Assembly (NCBI GenBank): GCA_051362555.1
Contig: CM120640.1
Location: forward strand, 52,988,788 to 53,052,787
DNA: 64,000 nucleotides
Reading direction: 5' to 3'
Origin: Lingula anatina
Lineage: Eukaryota; Animalia; Brachiopoda
Below the pieces are notes generated by a model that saw only the letters and a list, made by a program, of their open reading frames with translations, did no database searches and was not told the origin of the DNA. Shown in pieces: positions 14,139 to 35,700 of the stretch. Position numbers and translations under genes: made by a program. Position 1 is the first letter of the stretch, and each line of letters opens with the position of its first letter.

Positions 14139-16222
14139 TTAATCAATTTAAATGTACTATGAGGGATTGAAAACCCACACGTTAATCTAAGAGCTTTTAC
14201 TACTGTAGTAATGGCAAACAACCGACTTCTCGAATGTATTGTGTTACCACTGAGCATTCATGTGCTAAGCCTGCAAGGAGTGAAAGTCTGACATTTTAAG
14301 TGAGATCATTTAGATGTATTTATGAAACCTTTATATATTACAGATCATTATAACACCGAGGATACAATATCCCATGGCAAATATATCTATGCATAAAATC
14401 TACACATACTGACAAAATAATTGTGCAGGTCAAATGGTTGGATTCTGAACATTGAAGGCAATAGCACCCATTCAATCATGCCTTTTCACAATGACAAGAT
14501 TTCTCTTTTTTAAAGAAAAAAATTGAAAATATTTAAAGTACTATTCTTGCAACATGCTTATATTACTTAACACCAATTCCAGGAAACATGCAACTTACGA
14601 ATTTTCAAAATAGAATAAGCATCACAGATTTTTATGCACCATTGTTTATGATTGTTTTTATTTACATCATTCACCTACAACACTTACAAAAAAAGGAACA
14701 CCTTTAGAGTTTAGAAGTTTAGAAACATTCTATACAAATTGATTTTACTACCCTATGTCAATTTTGAATTGGAGCATAATTCCAAGTTTTAACATCAATT
14801 GACAAGTTTCCTCTAAGTTAAAATGTAAGCAAAATGCAAATGATATTCTTGTCAAAGTGCAGTGAATAAATGATGATCATTTATAAATAAATGGGGACGG
14901 TTTGCTAAAATGATGTTCATATCTACATCAAACAACTGCATAGATTTCCATGAAATATGATGCATCAAGGCTTACAGCCATAATTACAGCCATACAAGAT
15001 GATAAGAGTTAACAGCTAATAACAAATGCCAATCCAATCCAATTGCTTACAACAACCTGGTTTGAAACAGGTTCTTTCAGATAAGTTAAAATCTAACATC
15101 ATATTCATTTACTTGTTCTAAAGGATATGCCAGTAGAACTAGAAGCTTATAAATGCAAATAACTATTCAAAAATGCAAAATTCCTGCAATGATCTCTGCA
15201 ACATGGAAATTAATCATTTTTGTAAGAAAGGGATTGTCTGCAAAGATAGTTCCCTATTTATAATTTAGTGATTGACCTTTAAAATTTAGGCATTAAGTTG
15301 AACATATTTCCTGTTTCCTATACTAGGGCAATCTGAAGGCATCTGACCCATTCATTTGTTGCAATTGATTGCCGATACACAGCATTTAAGATTTAAGACA
15401 TACAAGACTGAAAACAAAATGATAAAATGAATGTGACCTTTTACCTGCATGGGTTGCTTCGATTTCATGTTCTATTTTCAATTTTACATAATACTCCTTA
15501 AGTAAAATATAACACTCCTTTAAGTTGCACAGTGTAGGATTTTACAGTAAAAAATGATCAAACTTTTGAAAAACATGAATTTATTGGGGTAAACAGTATT
15601 TTTTTGCAAATAACCAACATCTGATCATTCTTTCCTGACATTCAACCATAACTCAAAAACAATCTGGGGAAATTAAAAAGTACTTGACCTTACTTCAGCA
15701 ATAATCTTTCAAATTCTGCCATCCCTCAAGTTCCATTCTTGCACAATTTAGAACTATTCCAAGGTGGTTAATGGGTGAAATGGTATATCAGAAAGTGGTA
15801 AACTCGTTTTTTTTCTTATTGTTCTCTTTTTGAAATTATTCTTGATATTTATCTTTTAAAAAATGGTAGAGTATTACTTAGTCCTCAGATAATTTTAGCA
15901 GGATAAGTTTAGTGGTGTATGTACTTACTAGGTGTGTAAAATCCTACACTTAGTTACTTAAAGCGCCATTCTTTCATTTTTGCCAGTAAAACTGAGTGAA
16001 GTAAACTGCAAATGAGTTAATAACAGACTCGGGCCATTTTCATAATCACCAAGGTATTAAGCATTGTCTGATAAATATCTATATACCTTGTGTAAGTTAA
16101 AAACATTTTTGCATTTTTATAATGCATGCACCAAAATAAATTGTTTCATCAGAAAAAATCTGTTTTTGACACGTAAAGTGGAGTTTAAAAATAACTTCTT
16201 AACATATTTCAGTTTCATTACT

Positions 16223-17496
16223 TCAATCACTTTTGTCCTTCTTTGAAAGACCTGGTAATTTGTTGACTACTGGAACTTTACTGGCAACAGCTTGAGACCC
16301 ACTGACTACTGCAGCTCCTACATTATAGCCTTTACTTGCTGCCCACTTTACACCTCCAACTCCCAGTCCGACAGCTCCAGTTGCTGTATTGAAAACGCCA
16401 CTAGATAGTCGCCACACCATTCCTGGTGATTGCTGGGGTTCTGAATTTGAATTTGATAATTCTGATATGAAAAGTAAGTTTTTATTTCAATGGAAATCAC
16501 ATGAGATCAGTCTGTTGGCAATACCCAATATCTTACAAGACTAGAAAATGTGTGAAAATCTGTAAAGGTGGACTTATAAATTTTCAGCAATGTGGTGAAA
16601 TTCTACGCAATGCATATCATCCTAGGAAGCTGTGGGACACCCACTGTGGAGAAAATGACCAAAAAATATTTGTGAATGAATTCAGAAAGTAAAGGTCTAG
16701 CAAATGATGTTGAATCTGACATATATGACACTAAAATAAGTTTGCTGCACAAAATAATTTTTTCATTTTAATGTAATGACTTCATACATTTCTACATTTG
16801 ACTCATTTGACTAATGTTGCCTATCATACAGTATGATGAATAAATTAACAAAAATTAGAGGTTTGGTGATCTATTAGAAGATGAAAACTATCAAATTGTG
16901 AATATAATACTAGTAGGCTATTAATGGGAACAATGAGAAAAAATATTTACCCTCTACATTATCTGTTTTCTTGTCAGCACTGTACTCAGGAGCATCAGTC
17001 TCTTTCACATCATTGGGATCTAATATAACCTCAACCTGTTCTGAAGCAGGTTTCTGTTTAAGAATAATAGTAAGAACAAGAATAATAATAATAATAGTAA
17101 GAACAAGAATAATAATAGAAGCAAAAAAGAGGGGGTATAGTATAATGTGGAAAAGAGTAATCTGGATATATGTTAAAGTGAAAAATATGCAACCTAGGGG
17201 GTGTCACTAAATTCCAAATTATTTTTAATTATCAAAATATTATTTAAAAAATCAAAATTACTTTTTTTTACTCTGTAACCAAAATTAAATTTGGCTTGAA
17301 CACAAATTTTGAAAACACAGTGGCCCCATTCAGAATAGGCGACTTATCATTATGTGATATGTTAACGTCAGTGTTTTATCAATCGCTGTACTACAATCCT
17401 CTACAACAACATCATGATAAATCAAAGGTCAGTTTACAAGTATACCTTTCTCACCTTAACAATGCACGAGTAAACAGAGGATACCCATCCAGACAT
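16223..17496 (-). CDS. TMEM263: Transmembrane protein 263 homolog (exons ~17496-17455, ~17054-16951, ~16461-16223; start exon uncertain)
   Basis: GMVWRLSSGVFNTATGAVGLGVGGVKW...VVNKLPGLSKKDKSD* matches the TMEM263 Gly-rich helices and KKDKSD C-terminus. An upstream exon reads KPASEQVEVILDP... Confidence 0.82.
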
Positions 17497-17499
17497 GGT

Positions 17500-17979
17500 T
17501 GATGGAAAAACAATCGCCACGTACGCACTCGTTGTTTTGGTTGCCTGCAATCGTCGTCCCTTGTCCCTTGCTTCGGCAGTGGACGGCCTAGATTGCGGAT
17601 ATCTTTACCCACACAACCTAAGTTTCGGCTTGCAGTTACACGTTTCGATTGATATGGATGTTTTTAACCTTCACCAACTGCAAAAAATTGCGGTATAGCG
17701 ATTCTTTTTTTTTCTCAGCACTATTTTGAACTCAAGTTGCGGCTCCTCTTGTTTACGTGGCTGCGAAATGTGAATGCCGGCCTGATTGGTCAAACCACAA
17801 GCTTCTACTTGTTTCAACCCAATCAAAGCCATGGTGAGAAATTGCTTAAGCATTGGATAAAATTTCACCTTCACAAGGTCGACAAGAGGTCAGGTTGTGA
17901 GAATTACAGCAAGCTTACTTTTCGTTAGACACTTTAGGTGGCGGATATTCGCTATCTTTCTTCCAGCAAATCAAGCACT
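17500..17979. promoter_or_regulatory. Bidirectional promoter TMEM263/ADA2
   Basis: Divergent genes about 480 bp apart; CpG-rich, with oppositely oriented CCAAT boxes (ATTGG ~17785, CCAAT ~17819). Confidence 0.55.
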
Positions 17980-25420
<7,441 letters not shown>

Positions 25421-26078
25421 TGAACATGTTTCATAAGTTAATTAAGAATTACAATATTTTTGTATGCATATTTAATATGTTCTCTTTTTAATTTAAAATG
25501 GAATGTTTGAGTATTAATTCAAGTTTTGTTGTTGTAAAAATTTTTTTAAGTTACAGGTATATTTGATTTTATCTTGTTTTATTCTGGATATTGTAAGATG
25601 CACCCATGAATCTTGTTTGTTTTTATTGATCATGTTGAAAAGTTGTAAGAATATTCCCACTTGGAATTCCAATCCTGCTAGTGTTGCAATTTTAGTAAGA
25701 AGTTCAGCTTTAAGTTGTCATGTTTCAATCTGTTTTACAGCTATTATTCTTCAAATGTGCCATAATTTCACATAAAAAGATATTATGATTTTTTTCTTTG
25801 ACAATCACAATAGTGAAATTTTAACTGTATGTACATTATTGGGATTTTAATTCATTTTAAGGTCCCAGTGTTTAAGGTACACATTTTTGAATACTTCCTT
25901 ATAATTTTAAGCAGTAATGCATTTAGAGAACTAACTACATGGAATCAAAGGGCACTTAAGGTTCAAAACTGAACTGTTCAATTTGTTACATTTAGAAGTA
26001 TTTGATTTAGATGTTTGAACAATTGTTTATGCACTAAAACTTTTTTGCCAGATATTTTAGAAATAAGCTCAGCATTAA

Positions 26079-26405
26079 AGGGATAATAACTCTTCGTATG
26101 AAATCTATATTTCACAATAAAAACATTGTGAATAACTCATAGAAATATAATATATTCTGTTTTACGACGAAAACAGCAGTTAAAGCTATAATTTTGATAT
26201 CTGAGCTTGTCTTCAGATCACGTGACCTCTATACTCTGTTATAATCTCTTAAGAGATTTTAACAAAAAACCAAACTTTTTAGAAAAAAAACAGGGACTAA
26301 CTTTGAATGTAAAAATGGATTCATTAACCATTGGTAAGCATGGGAAAATTGTTGTTCACTCCAGGAAAATTCATTTTTTGGCCAAAACGAAGAGTTATTA
26401 TCCCT
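26079..26405. mobile_element. TTAA-flanked MITE (Kolobok-like)
   Basis: TTAA|AGGGATAATAACTCTTCGT...ACGAAGAGTTATTATCCCT|TTAA, a perfect 19-bp TIR. Confidence 0.85.
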
Positions 26406-27527
26406 TTAAGTTAATAACTACAATAATGTACAATTGCTACATGTCAGCTTTGTAAAAATTTGGTTCCTTAAAATGCTAAGTTAATTTTTCCTCTGTTGTT
26501 CTGTCTAAGGAGATCTTATGATTCTGATGTTCCTTATAGTGGGATCTTATATTAAGTCAAAATTAAGGGGAATTGATGTTGAAAGATAATTGCTCTTAAT
26601 TAAAGTATAAGTATTTTAGGACACTACCTTCAAATTGGGCATCTTAAATTATCTGTATTTCCACCATTTAAATGTTAATGTCAGTGTACTAATTGAAGAA
26701 TTGATTATTTTAACCAAATAAGAGACTGCAAATTTTGCAAAAAAAAAAAAAAAAAAAAAAAAACAACGCTTTTTAAATTTTTTTTTATTTATGTTAGCGT
26801 AAGCCAAGTGAACAGTTACAAGCATTCCTAGTATTTTCAGTAAGAGCAAAATGCAATTAAGGAGCAGGGGTATGCATTTTATAATTTACAAAAGATTCAG
26901 AAAGTGTGGTTATGTTTTAATCAGACATAACTCTTTTCAGAACTTTTTATTATCAGCACAATGTTATTGTAAACCAAGTTCTAAAAATCTTTATGTCTGA
27001 GACGAGCATTATCATGGACAGTAGTCCAACTTTGCTTGCCTTTGTTAAATGAAAGATTTTTTTTTACAAAACTTAAAACTTATGCACTGGCAGCACTACT
27101 ATTACCAAGAAATTCTTATGGAAAGTTTACATTTGAGAATTTAAATCTTTTTTTTTTGTTTTGTTTTGTACCTTCTAACATAAAATAACTGAAAAGCTAT
27201 AATTCATTTTTGTGTGTTGATTTCATGCAGCTTTTCTGTGATTTTATGAAATAAAATGAATTTCATGAAGCACATGCAATGCATATTCAATTAATTGAAA
27301 ATGAACTTGTACATAGGGTCAAAAACATTAAAAGTAGCTTGCACAAGGTAGGTAGATGTTTAAATCTGGCAGGTAATGGTAAGTTTGGCCAATCTTTTTC
27401 TGCACATGCTCCAAACATGCTTTTTGGTGTGCAGACCAATTTTAAAGAGTCCTTTTTTTTTTCAAAGGCAAGGTATGTAGGCTTCCTTTGACCCAAAGTA
27501 TCACTGAAATGTAGGTATCCTCCAGGT

Positions 27528-30228
27528 TTAACCAATTTCATCAAAAAGACCCTGCCCTGCTTCTGCAATGCTGACTGGGATATTGAATGCTGGACTTGGT
27601 ATAGAATGGATAGTGCTTGTGTTTGGTTGCATGTCTAGAAGACCACATTCTGACAGAATGTCATCATGCGAGATGGGATTCAACAAACCTGAAAAATTAA
27701 ATGAGAAATTAGAAATAGACCAGCTGCATGAAAACATGCCAGTTTAAGTATTTAAGCTTATTACATGAAAGCAACATGTCAAAGGTTTCAAGAATAAAAA
27801 TGTGAAATACATTATAAAGAAATTATACCCATGCAATAACCCATTCAGGTTAAATCTTTCCAAAACTTTAGTCTGGTACCAGACTTTTGTTACTTATATG
27901 ATTTACTACATAACCAAAAGTAAAGCAAATGTTTATTCTGGGAAGTAAAGCTGGGATATTTTAATGAAAGTGCATGATGGCGACGATGGATGCAGGTGAT
28001 GGCTACATGTACAGACACACCTGTGTCTGTACATAAAGAGTGAAGGAGAGACTAATATGATGGAATATAAAAGGGCATTTCCAGAGATTTAGATCGATCT
28101 TACTAGATCGACCTAACTCCCAGGGAGTTCACGCTAAATTGCAGTCAGCTGAGCACGCACGGAAGTTAATTACCCCCTTACAGCTTGTAGTAGGCAGGAC
28201 GGACATTTAAGCCGGATTATCTGACAGTAATCTAGTGAGACTCCCCACGGGGATAGATTGATCTAAAATCTATGGGAATGTGCCCTAGGACAGTGCCATA
28301 TTTTTTTCATTTACCTCTGATTGTTTTGCCACTTTCTGGCCACCTATATGGAGTCATCTTGGCCAAGGGAGTAGAGGGCAGGTTAGAAAATGGGGACTGT
28401 TCCATCCGTGAGTACTCTAAAGTAGGTGAAATGAGTTCAAGAAAGCTTGAGCTAAACTCTGAGGCAGGAGCAGTAGGTGCCTGTGCTATCATGGAAGTGA
28501 CCCATGGGTAAAAAGTTGGAACAGATTGGATGGTTTGCCATGGATGCACTGGAACTGCTGTACTGATAGTAGTTGCTGTTGTAACTACAGCCGTGTTCTT
28601 GACCTTGGTTTGTTTTCTCTTTGCCATAAGTTGCAGCTTCTTCTTTTTCTATAAAACAAAAGACTAAAACTTTAAAACAAAAGTTTCTGTTTTAATTTGC
28701 AAAATAATATATTTGATAGGTAAGTTAAAATCTGTCAAAATATCTCAAATATGATGAAAAATATGTGAACTAAAAATGTTGAGAAGCAATGTAAGTGATT
28801 TTTAGAGCTGGAAGTCACACTTATGAGATTGACAGCAGTCTTTTACTTTTTGGTCACTCACCCAATGCAACTTGATATATTCCAGGCTCTTAGAAGGTTG
28901 CTCTTTGGCATATTCTTCTTTCTTTCTGTCATACCTCCACTCATGCTTTTTTCCTGTCTTGTCTGACTTGACAAACCATATATTTGTACTTAGTTTTTGT
29001 CTGATGGAATTCTTAAAAGAAAAAGTATAAATAAAAATAGTTTTCAAAGTTCTATTGATGCCTAAGTAATAAAATAACTGTTGTCTATACAGAAAAAAAT
29101 GATCCAGGAAAACAATTGATATCAAATTATGTTATCACTACAACACTAGCTAAGATATGAATTTTAAATACCTTTAACCAGCCATTCAACACCCCCTCCC
29201 CTAAAAAAGGAAAAGGCAGAAAATGTTATACCTTCCATGAGTAGTCTTTGTCTGGAAAGCAAGGAAACTTCTTCCTGTAAATAAATTAATATTTAAAAAA
29301 TGAATAATAAATGTAAACTTGAAATTTATGTATTTTTTAAATAACTACGTATCCCTTTAACTCTCTTGCTTTATGAATTACTTGTATTAGAAATTTATTG
29401 TTTTGTGAGTCCCTACAATTTCTTATTATCATATTAGATATTAGGGGATTCTTTGATAGCCAAATGGAAAGACAAAAATTTGTCCCACAACTTACATAAT
29501 CCACTGATAAATTTCTTCCACGGTCAAAGGTCCCCGTTCCTCAAACGCCATCTTAAGGATTTCATTGTAGCTATATGGCAGATTCTGAATTGGTCTTTTA
29601 GTAGATACTGAAATGGTATAATTACATAAAAGACCATGCAGGCCTTCCCCAAATAGCATCTCACCACTTATGTACAGTATTGCAAATTTTGACAATATTT
29701 TCAAAGGAAAATCTTGATATTAAGTGTTTTATTAAGTTAATAAGAGTATCTGGAGTTAAACATTTTCATGTTTACTCTTAGCTTAATTTGTTAAAGATTG
29801 TTTTGAAGAACCAATATTACTTTGGGCATAATTAGAGTAGCATCGTTGCATCACATTTGGGCCCAATGAATATTCAATCTTATTTAAAAACTTCAAGCGA
29901 CGATTATTCTTTTTTTTTTTTTTTCTCGCATACCATCTTTTTTCTTTCCAATCTTATCAATGTCACAAATCCAGTCTAAAGTATATTTTGGTAACCACAT
30001 CAAACAACGTAGATCAGCATCAATATTGCCCCGTAAAACCATTTCTGGGCTTTCTTTCTGTAACTGTTGTAATTCAGTAAAACAAACATCCTCCGATTCA
30101 TCAACTTGTTCAAGTTGTTGTAGGAATGTCAGTCCATTTTTGTTATTTTCACCTCGGATCGGAGTTCTGCTGTTTTGTCCCATCGTTCTATGATCTTTTT
30201 GTTCTTGTTGTGGAATACAGTGAGGCAT
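27528..30228 (-). CDS. Divergent forkhead-box protein (6 exons: 30228-29934, ~29607-29495, ~29274-29232, ~29011-28862, ~28648-28315, ~27685-27528)
   Basis: Spliced domain LPYSYNEILKMAFEERGPLTVEEIYQWIM-KKFPCFPDKDYSWK-NSIRQKLSTNIWFVKSDKTGKKHEW follows the winged-helix pattern (PYSY, LT..EIY.WI, FP.F, W.NSIR..LS...F.K, W). A basic NLS-like stretch and an S/T/P-rich tail follow. Start codon uncertain. Confidence 0.8.
28070..28288. mobile_element. Foldback MITE family A copy
   Basis: GCATTTCCAGAGATTTAGATCGATC...GATTGATCTAAAATCTATGGGAATG; near reverse complement of 46861-47092. Confidence 0.8.
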
Positions 30229-30443
30229 TGTCAAAAAATTTGAAATCGCCTTGTCAGCTAGTGAGATTGCACTCTTCACAATTGTATCCGAGACTCCTCA
30301 CAAATCACTACATGTATTTCATTGAAATATAAGTTCCACGTTTACATTTTCACAGTGCTATTGGTCGTTGGTTTGTCATTTTTTGCACACACCACGAACG
30401 GCAAACGACGGGCACCTGTTTTGAGCAGACGACGTGTTATTTA

Positions 30444-30458
30444 TCACTAGATGGCGGT
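30444..30458 (+). promoter_or_regulatory. Candidate CTCF site
   Basis: TCACTAGATGGCGGT is close to the CTCF core CCAC/GTAGRKGGCRS and lies just upstream of the forkhead gene. Confidence 0.45.
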
Positions 30459-32624
30459 GTTTTTCAAGACAACTCTGCACATCCCCTATGATACGGCATT
30501 ATTCAGTGCATTATTTCACATTTGCGTGGTCTTTTAGTCATGTGTAATAGGCGTAAAACACTCCAAAACATAAAAAAAAAACGAGACGCGAAAGTGAAAC
30601 ATTTTTAGAAATATCATTCAGAATCGATGGAAGGGGAATAACGAATGATACAGGGCCGGGTAGTATAGCTGACGATGCGGGGGATTGAAGATGAGCGCAC
30701 GTAATGAAATAACCCCTTGCTTTTGGAATAAGTTACTGTACTGGTAGTCACTTCCTTAACGTAAAGCTTTAGTGTTAAATTTCATTATATTCACATCAAT
30801 TCAAAACAACCTACAAATAAGCTTTGCTGATCATGTTAAGGAAACTTATCTCATAATTAGGTAAGCCTACTTATGCAATAGGCTACGCAGCCCCCCCCCC
30901 CCCCCCTAAAAAAGTCTCTGGTTTTTAATTTTTTTCTAAATTAAGTAATGTGGTGATTTTTATTCGTGCCTCCGCTATTTGCAAATGAAGCCTCAGGAGC
31001 CTAATGGTTTCTTTCTTTTTTTTTCAAGCGATTTTAGAATGAACTTCAATTCAAATATAATGAGAACTAAAGTCATTGCATAGATTAACACAAAAAAATT
31101 CAGTAAAGTATATTGGTTTCGGTTGTTTTTCGGACCTCAGAAGAATGATATCTACCGAAACTATGCCCTGATATCACTTTTCTCAGCTGGGTCTGCAATT
31201 TATTAAACATGACAAAAGTATGTAAAAAGATACAAAAAAGCGAACAACAAAGTTTGACTTAACAAATCCGGTTTGTTAAAGATATACAGACTGTAAATCG
31301 CCAAACTCATTATTTCCCGTTAAATGCAATCTAGGTCTTTGTGAAAATCTAAACAAGGTTGCAAAATCAAATTAAAAACATATAAGGGGGTGCACATGAG
31401 TCACCCTCAGCTGAAAACAGCGAGACAACATCCATGTAGGTATATATTTCTCATGCCCAAATAGGTAGGTCTGTCAAAATTCATGTAGGTAATCCTGACA
31501 ACAAAAAGAATGAAAAGAAGCAAAATTTGAGTTTATGCAGAAAAGTTTAATCTATTTCAAAACATGTAAAGACCATATGTATATAGAAACACGTAATAGA
31601 GTAATTATATTAGAGAAGTTAAAAAGGGATGGTACATGTATAAGGACGATTCTAATGTTACGCTCGTCAAATACGCAGTTATTTAAAATTTATCTCTTAA
31701 ATTTGTGTTTTTCACTTTAAATAGATATTTTGGTCTCCCTTTATAATAATTCTGAACGAATTCAAAGTCGTAGTTATCGCACTATGGTTACAACATCTTG
31801 TTTCGCTTTACAGAGATAGATCTATTCACTCGACTGTAACTGAACCCGACACTTATTTTTCTGGTGTCTTCTAAGAGAGGCCGGTACAGCAATCTCGCTA
31901 TGGGTGCGACTGACCAAATCTGACAATATATACTATATTCAAAAAGAAGCATATAAAATATAATAGTAAGAAATATTGAAGCCAATTAATATACATTCAA
32001 CGCTGAGCCTAATTTTATACAGCAGGAGATCGAGATGAAACGATAATTGAAGTTACTCACTTTACAACTGAAAGCATCCTTTAAACCTAACTGAAGTTCT
32101 TTCCAATAAATGACATACACATAGAGGTTAATGCAATAAGATTATAACTCAGACGCCTCGATATTTTTTTCCAAACTTTAAAATAATTTTATTAAAAAAG
32201 TAATTTATAAATTACTACATATTATATGACATAAATATATGTCCACTATGATAGTATCTCGAAATACATGTACATCCTTTGTTTTAGAGTAAAGCATCCT
32301 TAGATTAAGATTCCAGAAACTTTATTAAAGAGTGAAAGACTAAAACAACCGGCGCACCCGAGACTGTCGTCGATGGGTAGACACCGAACTTTTTTTTCAA
32401 AGTTTGTGAAAAAATTGTGGGTTACACAAATTGGAAAACATATAAATCAACTTGGTTTATATTTGTAATGACGACTACTTACACTTTTAATTATTTTTTA
32501 ATCTTAGCTGGGAAGCTGATATAAACAAATATCGGTTTTATTCAAATACGTCAGTTCTTTTATGTTTACAATTGTTATCTTCCGCACATGGCTAATTTAC
32601 ATGAAGAACCCACAATGCATTTCG

Positions 32625-32665
32625 AAACTAGCATGCGCAGTTTGGTGACGGTGACGTCACACAAC
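32625..32665 (+). promoter_or_regulatory. ILRUN proximal promoter motifs
   Basis: NRF1-like GCATGCGCA (~32631) and palindromic CRE TGACGTCA (~32652), upstream of a likely 5'UTR donor (AAG|GTAATG). Confidence 0.5.
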
Positions 32666-32777
32666 GTTGTTGTGGCAAGGTAATGTCAATGTTACTTGAT
32701 GAAAAAAATCTTGAATATATATATTTGACACTCACAGAAAGAAAAACGTTGAATGTTACCGTACCGTTTGGCGTACG

Positions 32778-35700
32778 ATGGAGGTGGATAGCGACTTGGA
32801 AGCCAATTTTGTGCAGCAGTTTAGCTGTTTAGGTACCACAGACAAGGAGGTCCTGATATCCGAGTTCCAAAGAGTTCTTGATAATCAGCTGAATCCGCAA
32901 GGATGTGCTTTTTTTCTGGATATGAACAATTGGTAAGAGTATTCGTGATTGCCAGAAAGGGTTTATTGAAGACATTCCACAAAAAGGTCATAATTGTAAT
33001 ATTTATGGCTGAATGTGATAGAATCCACGTAAATACAATGGCAATGGCCATCAAAGATTTTCAAAGTTATCGACTGGTATTGTGGATGGGGAGTGGCTGA
33101 GTTTCATACATGTCCATAGCGTTACCTCAAAAACAAAAGATATAATATAAAATTTATTATAAATAGTTCAAATTCGTGCTTACAATATAAGCAACTCAGG
33201 ATTCCTATTTTTGTAAGAACTAGTTCTCACTTTTCTTGTGAAGTTTTTCAACCCATTGTGTTCCTAATGATGCATTGAAGGTTATCTTTTTTTATTGGTA
33301 TCTTTTTTTATTTTTTGAATCGCCTTGGCCTGATTCCTATCTTTCTTTTGTTTGACTGTATCTTCATTCATCTACTTTTTCCTATTGATAACAAGCTTGT
33401 CATAATTCACAAAAGCTGTTTTCCTCTCTGCTCTTGCCTGCAAAAAGAAGGGAGCAGATTTCCTATTTACTTCTTTCATGTTTCTTGGAGAACCTTGTGT
33501 CACATTCATTTTTCTATTACCTCTAATAATTTCTTTGGCTCTCCTTAGAATAGTCTCCCTGTCTTTGTAGTTATTAAATTTGACAATTTTCAGGAGTGGG
33601 ATTCTTCAGGGCGAATGTAGACAATGTGCACATTTGATCACCATGTTTTCTTTGTTGGCTCGGTCTATTTCTAATACCTCTTTCATAAATACCTTTGTCT
33701 TTCCTTTGGCTTCTTTTCAGCTCTCATTCTCTTCAATCCCCTGGTCTTTTATCCTGTGTATAATATGTTATTTCATTCTTACTGTTCTTCAAGGTAGTTT
33801 ATCTTTGATTTGAGCTTTGATACTTTGTTTTTAGGATGGATATTTTTTTCGTCAGAAATATGACCTTTTCTTGTTATTTTATTTTGTCCAACTTGTCTAA
33901 CAGTTGTAACTTTGTTGCTATCTCATACAACCTGTGCATCACAACAGTGTTGTCCTTATTACACCAGACAGTACTGTGAAGTCAATGTGTAGTTTCATAT
34001 ATTTCTTCTCAATGGTGAGTCAACCACTGGTTATAGCATCCAGCTGTTTTATATTGTTTCTTTTTCTTGACTTTTTTATGTATTTTTTTCCTGTGTCTGT
34101 AGTTTCTCTCAGTCTGCACTACTGCTATAAATTTTAAATCCTATCTCACAAATCCTAAAAGAATTTGACAGAAAGCAAGATATGTTGTTCACTCTTCCCT
34201 TTATGATATATATTTTTAGGAATCTACAGGCAGCAATCTGTTCATACTATGACTATGACCAGCCGAAAGATAAGCTTCCCAGTATGTCTTTAGTACGCGA
34301 CATCACAATAGGAGAAGGAGAGTCTGTGCCACCAAATATTAAATTTGTAAAGACGTGGAGGATTCAGAATACAGGTATAGCATAGTCCAAAATAGATATA
34401 AGATTAAAAAAACATTGTTTACATAAATATTGTAAATTGCCAATGTAACGAAATAAATGTTAATATAACTGACTGAAGTGCATTACTAGTACTTAAACTG
34501 CATTACTAACCTTGCAATTTTTTATGTATTAGGTATATTTACTAATGTTCCAAAAGTTTATGATAAATTTAAAATAATTTAACATTAAGTAGAACAGTGA
34601 TGTGGCAGTTTAATCCAAGAAGCTACCACATCTACAGTACGGGTATTTTATAAATTGAACACATGATCTTGCACTGTTGAAATTATGCTTAAATGAATGG
34701 TTTCATTGACTGGAATGGATGACATTGGGCTCCACCAACAACTACATTAACCAAAAAATACACTAAGTGATGCATTATAAATTATCATATTGGAGTTGTT
34801 ATATTGTGAGTTTGACAAGATCATCACTTTTTATATACAGACACAATGAACAAATATTCACAACTTGTTCACATATTGGCATTTTTTTTAGGGCCTGATG
34901 CCCTATAATAGTTAGATTTTCAGAATGTCCAAGTAACCATTCATACATATTCAGAAATTGTTGGTGGCTGTGATGTTAAACCAGAGATGCCTACCTAAAA
35001 ATGTTAAAATCAGGACTTTTGGTAAAATTTTCAGTATTTTCTAATAACTTTCAGTAACACAAATCCAATTAATCAACACCTTATTTAAATCATTAAATGT
35101 TATTAAGCACTACTTTATTTTTTTATTTTTCCTTATTTATGAAAAAACAATGAATGAAATGGTAAAAAGTTTAGGATAATCATTATTTATTTCATCAGAA
35201 TTTATTGATACACAATTTTATTATTCACAGATTAAATTCATTGTATGATTTAACAAATTACACATTCACTGTAAAAAGTTGTTAATAAAACCACAGCTTT
35301 ATAGTTCGTCCAACTTGTCACTTCGTTTATCAATTGGTAACTTTTTTAAGATAAATGATTTACTATAGAAAATTAAGTTAAAGATTTTCTACAAGACAAT
35401 TCATAGAATGAAATATTTGCAAAGTCTAAATGTGTAGAAATTAAATTGTCCTGTGCTAGCAACTGTATGATGCACTAGTTTCTAAAACTAAAGCATGATC
35501 ACACTCCTAGAGGTTTCCCTATTGTTTATTTCTCTACACATGCTTACTGAGTGATTCAACATAACAGGATTTAAGGCTATCTAGTTGTTTCCTGGTGTAA
35601 CTCCTGGCCCCAGCATTCCCTGATCTTGATTTGTTTTTTTGAGCGCCCGCATGCAAACGATTTGGCGATTTCAGAGTCACTGAACTTGGTTTTACATATG

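Noticed and set aside
17060-17120. Short AAT-rich tandem duplication
   Set aside because: Ordinary slippage repeat in a TMEM263 intron.
27287-27568. 93-aa ORF downstream of the forkhead gene
   Set aside because: It is in a different frame from the spliced terminal exon, which stops at 27528; likely 3'UTR.
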